IMG/VR virus record: IMGVR_UViG_3300025114_000026
Location: 1-30,107 of that record
DNA: 30,107 nucleotides
Strand: one strand, 5' to 3'
Source of the DNA: a virus
Lineage: Duplodnaviria > Caudoviricetes
Below the pieces are notes generated by a model. That model saw only the letters and a program-made list of their open reading frames with translations, was not told the DNA's origin and searched no databases. Position numbers and translations under genes: made by a program. This document shows, one piece after another, positions 16,272 through 26,400 of the stretch (within the stretch, counting starts at the first letter, position 1; every line of letters starts with the position of its first letter).

Positions 16272-17423
16272 ATGGCACAGGAACCAATATGGGCTGGTAG
16301 TAGTTCATTTTCATCAGGTGATACTCCTTGGGGATTATATGATTCAGATAATGAATTTACATCATCAGCTGATAAATTCGCAGATTGGGCATCACGTAGG
16401 TTAGGTTATCCAATTATGTCAGTTGAGTTACAATCTGGTTCATTTTACGCATGTTTTGAAGAATCAGTTACAGAATACTCTGCTCAAGTTAATCAGTTTA
16501 ATATTAAAGATAATTTATTACATCTTACAGGACAGGCAACAGGGTCAAATGTTACTCATAAAAGAGTTACACCTACAATGGGTAGAACTGTATTTTTATC
16601 TAAACAATATGGTACAGAAGCAGGTGTAGGTGGTGATGTAGATTGGAAAAAAGGATCAATAAATGTAGTAAGTGGTTCACAAGAATATAATTTAGATACA
16701 CTTTTTACTGATAAAAGTGGAAGTGGAGCTATAGAAGTTAAAAGAGTTTATTATGAATCTACTCCCGCAATGCAAAGATTTTTTGATCCATATGCTACAA
16801 CTGGATATGGTACAATAAATTTAGTTGAAGGATTTGGTTTTGGGGGTTATTCTCCAGCAGTATCTTTTACTTTGATGCCAATATTTGAAGATTTGTTAAG
16901 AGTTCAAGCAATTGAATTGAATGATACTATTAGAAAATCAGCATATACTTTTACACTTGTAAATAATAAATTAAGAGTATTTCCAGATCCTACTGAAAAT
17001 AGAACACTATACTTTGATTATGTAGATATTTCAGAAAGAGATAATCCATTAATTACTGAATATAGTGGTTCTGCAGATGTAGTGTCAGATTTTTCAAATG
17101 TTCCTTATGATAATATGGAATATCAATTTATTAATGATGTTGGTAAACAATGGATTCGAAAGTATGGATTAGCTCTTACAAAAGAATTACTTGGGATGGT
17201 TCGTTCTAAATATGGAGCTATTCCCATTCCAAATGCTGAAACTTCATTAGATGGAGATACCTTAAGAGGTGAAGCAGCCGCTGAAAAAGAAGCTTTAACA
17301 ACTCAATTAAGAGAAATGTTAGAACAAACAAGTAGACGAGCATTGTTAGAAGCTGATAAAGATGAGGCTGAATTTTTACAAGAGAAATTACAAAAAGTTC
17401 CATATCCAATTTATGTAGGGTAA
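16272..17423 (+). CDS. gp13: Neck protein / head-tail adaptor (T4 gp13-like)
   Basis: RRLGYPIMSVEL and WIRKYGLALTKELLGMVRSKY...LDGDTLRGEA motifs; AGGAG SD. Confidence 0.88.
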   Translation: MAQEPIWAGSSSFSSGDTPWGLYDSDNEFTSSADKFADWASRRLGYPIMSVELQSGSFYACFEESVTEYSAQVNQFNIKDNLLHLTGQATGSNVTHKRVTPTMGRTVFLSKQYGTEAGVGGDVDWKKGSINVVSGSQEYNLDTLFTDKSGSGAIEVKRVYYESTPAMQRFFDPYATTGYGTINLVEGFGFGGYSPAVSFTLMPIFEDLLRVQAIELNDTIRKSAYTFTLVNNKLRVFPDPTENRTLYFDYVDISERDNPLITEYSGSADVVSDFSNVPYDNMEYQFINDVGKQWIRKYGLALTKELLGMVRSKYGAIPIPNAETSLDGDTLRGEAAAEKEALTTQLREMLEQTSRRALLEADKDEAEFLQEKLQKVPYPIYVG

Positions 17424-17427
17424 CAAA

Positions 17428-17913
17428 ATGCCAAGTCGCTTTTATCCACAAAAAGACATAGATACTATAAAAAAGTTTAACCAGGAGCTCGTAGGAGATG
17501 TGAGCGCTGGTAAAGACGGTATTATATATCAACCAGTAATTATTTATAAAATATCAGCTTATGATACAGAAGTCAATATGTACGGTGAAACAGCAGATGG
17601 TAAAGTATATAATCCAGGTGTTCAAGTATCATGTTTAATTGCATCAGATGACCAAATTACAACTACAGATGAGTTTGGACCAGATTTAGCACAAACAGGA
17701 TTGTTTTCATTTATAAGACAAACTTTAGTTGATATGGGTTATGTTGTTGAAATAGGTGATATAATTGATTGGAATAGTGGATATTGGGAAATTTCTTCTA
17801 TAAGTGAAAATCAATTAGTTGGTGGACAAACTGACTACAACCATTCAGTTGTATGTAATGCATTCTTAGTAAGAATATCTCATTTAAATATTGAAAGAGT
17901 ACGGAGTATTTAA
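17428..17913 (+). CDS. gp14: Neck / head completion protein (T4 gp14-like)
   Basis: Lies between the gp13- and gp15-like genes; NMYGE and EIGDIIDWNSGYWEI motifs. Confidence 0.75.
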   Translation: MPSRFYPQKDIDTIKKFNQELVGDVSAGKDGIIYQPVIIYKISAYDTEVNMYGETADGKVYNPGVQVSCLIASDDQITTTDEFGPDLAQTGLFSFIRQTLVDMGYVVEIGDIIDWNSGYWEISSISENQLVGGQTDYNHSVVCNAFLVRISHLNIERVRSI

Positions 17914-19598
17914 TGCCTGCAAATAAACCTTTACCAAGAAAACAAAGAGTTTTAAATCGAGGATATTTATATTCGCGTTCAAATGATGACGTAAAAAATC
18001 CATCTGTTACTTTAATGGATATGGATAGTGCAATTATGTTTTATTTTGAAAAAGTTATAAAACCATCAGTATTAGATAATGGTGAGAATGTAAAAGTTCC
18101 ACTAATGTACGCATCACCTGAACGTTGGAAATCAATTCAACGTGATGGTTTTATGAAAGATAAAAAGAGACAAATTATAACTCCAGTTATCGCGTATCGT
18201 AGAACATCTATTGAAAAAGATGAACTGGTTCCACAAGATAAGTTAGACGCTAATGATCCTCATTTATTTTATACCTTTGAAAAGAAATTTTCAGATGTAA
18301 ATCGTTATGATAACTTTTCAACTCAAATAGGATTGTTACCACAAAGAGAATATTATAATGTAGCTTTTCCTGATTATGTAACTTTAAGTTATGATTTTAT
18401 TGTTTGGACAACATACATTGAACAAATGAATAAAATTGTTGAGAGGATTATATATTCAGATGGAGCTTATTGGGGTGACCCTGATAAATTAAGATTTAGA
18501 AGTAGTATAGATAATTTTACCGATGCTACAGAAGTTGCAGATGTTGAAAGATTAGTTAGAACTACTTTTTCAGTTACTTTAAGAGGATATTTGTTACCAG
18601 AAAGTAATTTTGACCATCGTTCAACAACACAGAAATTTTTAACACCAAAAAAAGTTATTTTTGGAATGGAAACTGATGTTAAAGTAACTAAGCAAGCTGG
18701 TAAAACAGGACAATTTTTACAAGAATTAGAAGATGGTGTTGATACAATTGGAACAGGGACACCAAGTGATTTTCTAGGAGTAACTTTAACATATCCTTTA
18801 GTACTTAACGCAGGTACAGGAGTAACATTATCAAGAGATGGTATTCTATTTGAGGGTGCGGCTCGTTTAGAACAAGAAATATCTATTGGACAGGATGTAG
18901 CTACAACAGCTAATGTAACATTCGCTCAAGTATCTGCAAGTTCACTTGTATTAGATAGTGTAACATATGATGGTGGTAGTATTACTGGTGATATAAATAT
19001 AACAGGTTCAGTAACTACTACTGGTGATTTGACTATAGATGGTAATGCTACAATAGGTGGTATAGTAACTGCACAAGAATTTCATACAGAATTTGTTAGT
19101 GGTTCAATAATATATGCAAGTGGTTCTACACAATTTGGTGATACACTTGATGATACCCATAATTTTACAGGTAGTTTATTAATCACCGGTTCATTAGGTG
19201 TGAACAACTATTCTGTAACAAATATATCAAATGATACTACTTTAGCAGACAGTGATGCATCAGCTTTAGTTACAGAAAATGCAGTTAAAAATTATGTAGA
19301 TGATGCGACATCTACACAGCAAACTTATTTAAGAAAACAATTTGTAAAAAATACAAGTTCAATTACAGTACCATCTACTGCTAGTTTTACAGCTGTAACA
19401 GCTTCAGCACCGAGTGGTATGACTTCTACGACTGAAAATGATTTTGTATTTTTTATCAATGGACAATATATGGAACATGACGCAATTACAATCCAACAGG
19501 CAAGTTCTACACTTTTATTAAAAGTAGATAATGATAGTATAGGATATGATTTAGAAAGTGATGATGAGATATTGGCGATAGGCAAATTTAATTCATAG
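17913..19598 (+). CDS. gp15: Tail terminator / sheath stabiliser (T4 gp15-like) fused to a C-terminal fibre-like domain
   Basis: N-terminal VPLMYASPERW, PVIAYRRTSI and PDYVTLSYDFIVWT..EQMNKIVE; the C-terminal ~272 aa are paralogous to the next gene. Confidence 0.78.
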   Translation: MPANKPLPRKQRVLNRGYLYSRSNDDVKNPSVTLMDMDSAIMFYFEKVIKPSVLDNGENVKVPLMYASPERWKSIQRDGFMKDKKRQIITPVIAYRRTSIEKDELVPQDKLDANDPHLFYTFEKKFSDVNRYDNFSTQIGLLPQREYYNVAFPDYVTLSYDFIVWTTYIEQMNKIVERIIYSDGAYWGDPDKLRFRSSIDNFTDATEVADVERLVRTTFSVTLRGYLLPESNFDHRSTTQKFLTPKKVIFGMETDVKVTKQAGKTGQFLQELEDGVDTIGTGTPSDFLGVTLTYPLVLNAGTGVTLSRDGILFEGAARLEQEISIGQDVATTANVTFAQVSASSLVLDSVTYDGGSITGDINITGSVTTTGDLTIDGNATIGGIVTAQEFHTEFVSGSIIYASGSTQFGDTLDDTHNFTGSLLITGSLGVNNYSVTNISNDTTLADSDASALVTENAVKNYVDDATSTQQTYLRKQFVKNTSSITVPSTASFTAVTASAPSGMTSTTENDFVFFINGQYMEHDAITIQQASSTLLLKVDNDSIGYDLESDDEILAIGKFNS

Positions 19599-19609
19599 GA
19601 GATTTAAGG

Positions 19610-20440
19610 GTGCCGATTTATAAACTTAAAAACCCAATCATCTTCAAAAATGGGACAGGTTTTACAATTGATCAAGCAGACGTTGAATTATTTGTAGAAT
19701 CAAGAACAGATGTAAACTTTTCAATAGGTCAAGCTGTGGGCTCCGGTTCAGAAGTCCAATTTAATCAAGTAACAGCTAATCCTTTAATAATAGATAATGG
19801 AACTCTAAAATTAAATAATGATATGATAACCGGTTCGTTTACTCAAACCGGAGATTTAAGTATTACAGAAAATTTAACTCTTTCAGATACTTTAACAATT
19901 GGTGGTATTTTAACTGCAGAAAAAATAGAAAGTGAATTAACACAATCACTTACTTTATTCGAGAGTGGTTCTACACGATTTGGTGATACTATAGATGATG
20001 AACAAGTTTTTACTGGAAGTTTATCAGCAACAGGTTCAATAACTTTAAATGATAATGAAATACCTGAAATTTCAAATGATACTACTTTAGCAGATGAAGG
20101 TACTGTAACTGTAGTTACAGAAAATGCAGTTAAAAATTATGCAGATGATAACACAAGTGATTTTCAAACATATCATAGAAAAAGTTTTGCACATACAGGT
20201 AGTTTTGTAAGTGTTAGTACAGCAAGTTTTACTACAGCAACAGCATCAGCTCCCAGTGGATTTACAAGTACTTCTGAAGAAGATTTTATGTTTTTTCTAA
20301 ATGGTATGATGATGGAACATGATTCGTTAACTGTTGAACAAAGTAGTTCATTATTTTTATTAAAAGTTGATAATGATACTATTGGATATAATTTAGAAGG
20401 CGGTGATGAAATAGTAGCTTTTGGGAAATTTAATTCATAG
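19610..20440 (+). CDS. Virion fibre-like protein, paralogue of the gp15 C-terminal domain
   Basis: GTG start with AGGAG SD; collinear with 18780-19598 (ISNDTTLAD, VTENAVKNY, TASAPSG, FF(I/L)NG..MEHD, LLKVDND.IGY.LE..DEI.A.GKFNS). Confidence 0.8.
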   Translation: MPIYKLKNPIIFKNGTGFTIDQADVELFVESRTDVNFSIGQAVGSGSEVQFNQVTANPLIIDNGTLKLNNDMITGSFTQTGDLSITENLTLSDTLTIGGILTAEKIESELTQSLTLFESGSTRFGDTIDDEQVFTGSLSATGSITLNDNEIPEISNDTTLADEGTVTVVTENAVKNYADDNTSDFQTYHRKSFAHTGSFVSVSTASFTTATASAPSGFTSTSEEDFMFFLNGMMMEHDSLTVEQSSSLFLLKVDNDTIGYNLEGGDEIVAFGKFNS

Positions 20441-20466
20441 GCCAACTTTTCTTTTACCATTGTTTG

Positions 20467-20474
20467 ATATTTAT
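20467..20474 (+). promoter_or_regulatory. Putative late promoter motif ATATTTAT
   Basis: Recurrent intergenic motif. Confidence 0.6.
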
Positions 20475-20478
20475 TAGT

Positions 20479-20583
20479 ATGAGAATATACAAAGCAATAA
20501 ATAACACACCTAAAATGCACAAAGTGTTAAGTGAAAGTGCAAAAAGAGGGTGGGAAACAAGAAGAAGAAATGCGGAAGCGTAG
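20479..20583 (+). CDS. Small 34-aa ORF (MRIYKAINNTPKMHKVLSESAKRGWETRRRNAEA) with a NUMOD3-like basic helix; not in the ORF track
   Basis: Translated by hand. The ATG lies 4 nt after the promoter motif, and LSESAKRGWETRRR parallels ISQSITVWWENRKK in the next ORF. Confidence 0.5.
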   Translation: MRIYKAINNTPKMHKVLSESAKRGWETRRRNAEA

Positions 20584-20863
20584 CTGGAAGAACCGCAAAA
20601 ATAGACCCTGTCCAGATTGTGGTAGGATGTTAACCTATACAAGAAAGGATAGTTTTGACAGAGCAGTAGGTAACAATTCTGTATGTAAATCGTGTGCACA
20701 AATGGATAGAAAACTTACATTGGAAACTATTGAAAAGATGAAAAAACCTAAAACGGTTGAACATAGAAAGAAAATTTCACAATCTATAACAGTATGGTGG
20801 GAAAATAGAAAAAAAGAAGAGATAGAATATGGCGTTGATAGACAGCAAGCAATTAGATCCTAA
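20570..20863 (+). CDS. Zinc-ribbon plus NUMOD3-type DNA-binding protein, homing-endonuclease-like but with no nuclease domain
   Basis: RPCPDCG...VCKSCA followed by LTLETIEKMKKPKTVEHRKKISQS; ATG 20570 preferred over GTG 20531. Confidence 0.65.
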   Translation: MRKRSWKNRKNRPCPDCGRMLTYTRKDSFDRAVGNNSVCKSCAQMDRKLTLETIEKMKKPKTVEHRKKISQSITVWWENRKKEEIEYGVDRQQAIRS

Positions 20864-23438
20864 TTTTACAGGTTCATTCACTCTTTCAGGGTCGAACCAA
20901 ACACTACTTAGTGACCAAGTAGTTATCGGTACATATTCCGGTTCTGCTACTGCTCATCCTTCTGCATCATTAACAGTATTAATGGGACCGAAAGCAGGTA
21001 TGTTGTTACCATCAGCCTCAGCTGATCCTACTGGATTAGGGGCAACTGAAGAAGGAATGATGTATTTTAATACAACTGATGGGCTGTTAAAACTTTTCGA
21101 TGGGTCAGCTTGGATACCTGCAGGTGATATTAATACTAAAAATACTCACCTTACAATGTCTGCGGATATTGATGCTGATGGTTCTGATAGTAGTATACTT
21201 TTTAGAATAGATGGTGAGACTGATTCTAATGTAAAACTAAGATTAAAATCTGATAACGCACATGAAATTACTGGAAGTATGGGAGTATCAGGTTCAATTA
21301 CAGCAACAAGTTTGTTTACTGGTTCAACCGCAATTTATACTAATAATGTTCAGAATGGGTATCCGACTTCTAATCCATGGGGAGTAAGTTTAGGAGGTAG
21401 TTATTTTAATAATTTTGATAATACTACTCATGTATCTGAAATATTAAGATTTATGTCAGGTGTTTTAAGTCATTCTTTAGATGTAGCAGACGCGTCACCT
21501 AATACTTTAACTTATGGTAGTATAGATACAAATGAAAATAATTTAGGTAGTACTGATAGTTGTGATGGATATTTACCTCAAAGTTATGATAGTACTAATG
21601 CTACATTGAAATACTTGGTTACTAAACAATGGGTGGCTGATGGGACAACTATTTTTAGTGGTATTTCTGTATATCACGATAATGGTCCAACTTATTATGT
21701 AGACTTTGATTCTAATTCAACAGGTACTGGAACTGTAAGTTCATCAGTTGATAGTGAATTATTTGGTTTGGGTGGATTATCAAGTGGTGCTGAAACTGAA
21801 TTTAAAGTTAGAGTACATACAACACACTCATTTAGTGATACAGGTAGTATTTCTACACCAAGTGCTACTTCAAATACATTCACTACACAATCTGTATTAG
21901 ATTTATCCATAAGTACATTTGGTACATCAAATGGATTAACATTAGCAAAAATTAATACTTCACAGCCGGCAGTTATACCGGCGGCATATCAAGATGGTAA
22001 ATTTGCAGATGTTGCTGGTACAACATTAAGTGGTTCTCTGACAAGAACATATAAAGCTGGAGCTACAGATTTTACAAGTGTTTCCGCAAGTGGTTATTAT
22101 AATTTTCATGATTCAAAAGTAGGTATAGTTACCGGTTCACAATCAGATTATATTTTTAAAAATGGAACAGATAAAAATAGATTTTGGGCACCAATTGATC
22201 AAATAGAAAGTGATATTGGAAGTAATAGTTTAGGTATAACAGCAGTAACTCAAAGTTATTTAACTGCAACAAGTAGAAGTTTAAGTGGTGCACCATATTT
22301 AATCGGAGCTACTTATCAATTAAGTGCGTCAGTTCACGGATTATTTGATCCATTATATGCGGCATCATCAACATTAGCAGATGATACAATAGGTTCAGTT
22401 GGTGTAGGTTCAGTTGCGGGTTCGATAATTGATGATTTGAGTACAAGTGGTGGAACAATTCAAACAGCGGCCGCGGTTTATGATGGGTCAGGTTCTTCAG
22501 CGACAGTAAGGGCAACTTCTACAGTTCCATATAGAACGGATGTTTATAATCATAAAGCATTATATACACTAAGTGGTGGTACTGGAGAAAACATAAATCA
22601 ATCTGGAGTTAGTGATTCTACATTTACAGTTGGTGTACGAGGAAGAAATAGAGCATCAAGCCGTTCTACATTGGCAACGTATACTTATTTATATCATACT
22701 GCAAGTTCATTTGGTCAACCTCAAACAAGTGGTTCAATGGGAGTTTATCAAAGAGCACAAGGATACGATGGCGGAGCATTAGCAGGAACAAGTGAAGCAT
22801 TTACAGGAGAAGATTTTAGAATACAGTTAAATAATAATGTATTAGGATTTAATGGAGATGCATTTACTACTACATATAACGTTGATAGAGGTGGAGACGC
22901 TCTTATAGGTGAACACGATTTACAAGTAAAACCAGGATTTTTAGTAGAACCAGGTGATTCATACGGATATTGGTATCCGACAAGTTACGGGAGTGGTTCA
23001 TATAAATATTATATACGAAGGTTTCAAGATGGTAGTACAAGAACAAGTATGACAATAGATGTTGGAGCAACATTAGTTAATTGGAAAGCTACAACAGCTG
23101 ATTCAGTAGCAGCCGCATTACTTTTTAAGAGTTCTGCAAGCGGTAGTGGTGCAAGTAATGAATTATCAGTAGCAAGGATATACGATCCTTCAGAGTTAAC
23201 AAGTAACGCAATTTCAAGTAGTGTTGCACATCAAACAGATTTCTTTTTGAATCCATTTAACGATGCATTAAGTTTATATGGTAATACTGGTGGTTCAAAA
23301 AGTACTACTCAATATACACTACCAATAAGAAATGCAGATGGAATGTATTTAGATAGTAATGATAATGAATTATATGTAATACTTAGGTATGCAGGTAATC
23401 CAACTCCTGTAACAGGTATAACATTAACTTTTAGTTAG
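20829..23438 (+). CDS. Large Ser/Thr/Gly-rich virion structural protein (baseplate or fibre-associated)
   Basis: 869 aa; N-terminal EGMMYFNTTDGLLKLFDGSAW fibre-type motif, beta-rich composition, structural context. Confidence 0.75.
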   Translation: MALIDSKQLDPNFTGSFTLSGSNQTLLSDQVVIGTYSGSATAHPSASLTVLMGPKAGMLLPSASADPTGLGATEEGMMYFNTTDGLLKLFDGSAWIPAGDINTKNTHLTMSADIDADGSDSSILFRIDGETDSNVKLRLKSDNAHEITGSMGVSGSITATSLFTGSTAIYTNNVQNGYPTSNPWGVSLGGSYFNNFDNTTHVSEILRFMSGVLSHSLDVADASPNTLTYGSIDTNENNLGSTDSCDGYLPQSYDSTNATLKYLVTKQWVADGTTIFSGISVYHDNGPTYYVDFDSNSTGTGTVSSSVDSELFGLGGLSSGAETEFKVRVHTTHSFSDTGSISTPSATSNTFTTQSVLDLSISTFGTSNGLTLAKINTSQPAVIPAAYQDGKFADVAGTTLSGSLTRTYKAGATDFTSVSASGYYNFHDSKVGIVTGSQSDYIFKNGTDKNRFWAPIDQIESDIGSNSLGITAVTQSYLTATSRSLSGAPYLIGATYQLSASVHGLFDPLYAASSTLADDTIGSVGVGSVAGSIIDDLSTSGGTIQTAAAVYDGSGSSATVRATSTVPYRTDVYNHKALYTLSGGTGENINQSGVSDSTFTVGVRGRNRASSRSTLATYTYLYHTASSFGQPQTSGSMGVYQRAQGYDGGALAGTSEAFTGEDFRIQLNNNVLGFNGDAFTTTYNVDRGGDALIGEHDLQVKPGFLVEPGDSYGYWYPTSYGSGSYKYYIRRFQDGSTRTSMTIDVGATLVNWKATTADSVAAALLFKSSASGSGASNELSVARIYDPSELTSNAISSSVAHQTDFFLNPFNDALSLYGNTGGSKSTTQYTLPIRNADGMYLDSNDNELYVILRYAGNPTPVTGITLTFS

Positions 23439-23446
23439 AGAATAAA

Positions 23447-26400
23447 ATGGGATTAATAGATTCAGGTTCAAAATCAAGTAGACTGTTAGCGTCTCGTAGG
23501 TATACACATAATACTCTTACGACAGCGCAAGAGGCATTTACTAAAGTTCTTGATTTAAGATCAGAGGAAATTTATACGCGCGGTCATTTAATTCCTACTT
23601 CAAGTTTACCACATAGTGGTAGTTCTCAAAAAAATCTTACATATACCACACAAGGTCAATCAGTAACAAAATATTGGTATAGACAGAAATTAACGAAGTC
23701 AAATGTTAATAATGAAGTTTGGTTTTTCTTAAATCCAACAGGAAGTAATGATGGAGTAGGAGCACAGTTAATAAATGATAATCAAGTAACAAATTTTGTT
23801 TCACCAAAATATTCAATAGCATCATTAGCTACTTCTACAACAGAAGATACTACACCTGGATATTTAGCAACTGTATTTAAATCTTCAGAGATTAGTTCAA
23901 GTTTTCAAACAAGTTCGTTGAGTAGTGGTGATATTGTTTCAACTAATGATTATCAATTTGATTATAAAACAGGTATTGTACAATTTTTAAATTCTGATAA
24001 AGACCCAAGCGATAGTGAATATATCTATATGACAGTCTATCAGTATGTTGGTGATACATTAAAAACAGGACTTGAAGTACAAGGTGCAGTTACAGCATCA
24101 AATTTATTAGTTACAGGTAATTCAAAAGTAGATGGAGACCTTACACTCGGAGGTGATATTACAATAGGTGATGACGCTTCTGATGCATTAACTATAACCG
24201 CTGATTTAACTTCACATCTTATACCAGACACAAGTGATACATATAATTTAGGTAGTGATAGTCAACGATGGAATGATTTATATTTAAGTGGTTCAATGTC
24301 AGCGAGTGGTGGTCCAGTAGATATTGATAGTGCTACTACAGTTGCAATTGATGCAACTACAACATTGAGTGCAAAAGGGGCTGGAGGAGCTTCTTTTGGT
24401 GATGATACAGGAACTTGGGAATTTGATGGGGCAGGGGCTGTATCTGAAACGGGAATAACTACATTCTCATTAACACCATCAAGTACAGTAGATGTAGATG
24501 CGGGCGGTGCAATAACAATAGATGGAGTTTCTCTAACTGTCGGCGGAGACGGTGATACAAATATAATAAAATTAACAGGACCAGTAACAGCTTCAACTCA
24601 TATAAGTGCAAGTGGTAATTTATCCGCAACAGGAAACTTAGACATTGACGGTACTGCTAACATAGAAGGAAATACAACACTACAGGCTGATTTATCTGTT
24701 GTTGATATTAATGCAAGTGGTCATGTTACGGCGAGTGGAAATGTTAGTGCAAGTGGCAATATTTATAGCACAGGAAATCTTGATGTAGACGGCACATCAA
24801 ATCTTGAAGGTAATGTTACAATGCAGGCTGATTTGTCTGTTGTTGATATAAACGCCAGTGGAGATATAACAGGTTCAGTAATAAGTGGTTCGAGTGGTGC
24901 TTTTACATCTATTAACGTTGATGGTGGTACAGTTGACGGAATCACTTCATTAACAGCTGGTGGTAATTTAGATATTGGTAGTTATGATTTAAGAGCCGCA
25001 ACAATTACTGCAGATGGGTTGACAAGTGGAAGAGTTGTATTTGCAGGTACAGATGGAGTGTTATCTGATGATAGTGATTTAAGTTTTAGTGAAGATACAT
25101 TAACAGCAACACGAGTAACTTCAACTCATATAACAGCAAGTGGTGATATTAGCGCAAGTGGTGATTTATCAGCTACAGGAAATTTAGATATTGACGGTAC
25201 TACAAATCTACAAGGTAATGTAACAGTACAAAATGATTTAGACGTTACAGGTACACTTACAGCAACTGAAGTTCATACAACATTTGTAAGTGCAAGTATA
25301 GCTAAGGCTAGTGGTTCAAATGTTTTCGGTGATGATGCGGCAGACAGTCATCAGTTCACAGGATCTTTATCAGTAAGTGGTAGTGCAACAGTTACAGGTT
25401 CAACAACTATAAATGGAGTCTTAACAGCAAATAGTGTAGTTGTAGATAATATTACTATAGATGGAACTGAAATAGATTTATCAAGTGGTGATTTAACACT
25501 TGATGTTGCCGGTGATATAGAATTAAATGCAGACGGTGGTGACGTAACTGTAAAAGATGATTCAGCAGTATTACTTGACATTTCAGCAACAAAAATTAGT
25601 GGTTCAGTTACATCAACAGGTTCATTTGGAGCATTAACAGTAGCTGATGGAGTAACTTCTACATTATCACCTATAAGTTCTGATGGAGTAGCTCTTGGTA
25701 CTACAGCTTTACAATGGAGTGATTTATTTTTAGCAGAAGGTGCTGTAATAAATTGGGATAATGGTGATTTTACAGCTACACAAACTAATAATTTACTTGA
25801 TTTAGACGGTGGTTCTACAAGAGTAGATAAATTAGAAATTGATTCAGCTAATGATTATTTAGATGTAGATACAGATTTAAAAATTGTAGCCGCGGCTGAT
25901 ATTACGTTAGATCCAGGTGGAAATAATGTTAAACCTGGTAGCGATAGTACAGATGATTTGGGTTTATCAGGTACAGCGTGGAGAACTTTATATGTAGATG
26001 CTATAGAAATGAACAATCAAGGTTCTATTGCTGCAGCTACTCATATAACAGCCAGTTCTAATATTAGTGCAAGTGGGAACTTGTCAGCTACTGGTAATCT
26101 TGATATAGACGGTACAAGTAATTTAGAAGGTGATGTTACATTACAAAATGATTTGGCAGTTACTGGACATATTACTGCAAGTGGTAATATTAGTTCAAGT
26201 GGTACAATATACGCTGATAATTTTCAATCAACAGGTGGAGATTCAGAAGGAATATCATTCGCTGATGATTTAAGTATAACAGGTCATATAACAGCAAGTG
26301 GTGATATTAGCGCAAGTGGTGATTTATCAGCTACAGGTAACTTAGACATTGACGGAACTTCAAATTTAGAAGGTGATGTTACATTACAAGGTGATTTAAG

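Noticed and set aside
20531-20569. ORF-track GTG start at 20531
   Set aside because: No SD, and it lies inside the 34-aa ORF; ATG 20570 gives a more plausible start just before the zinc ribbon. This is not certain.
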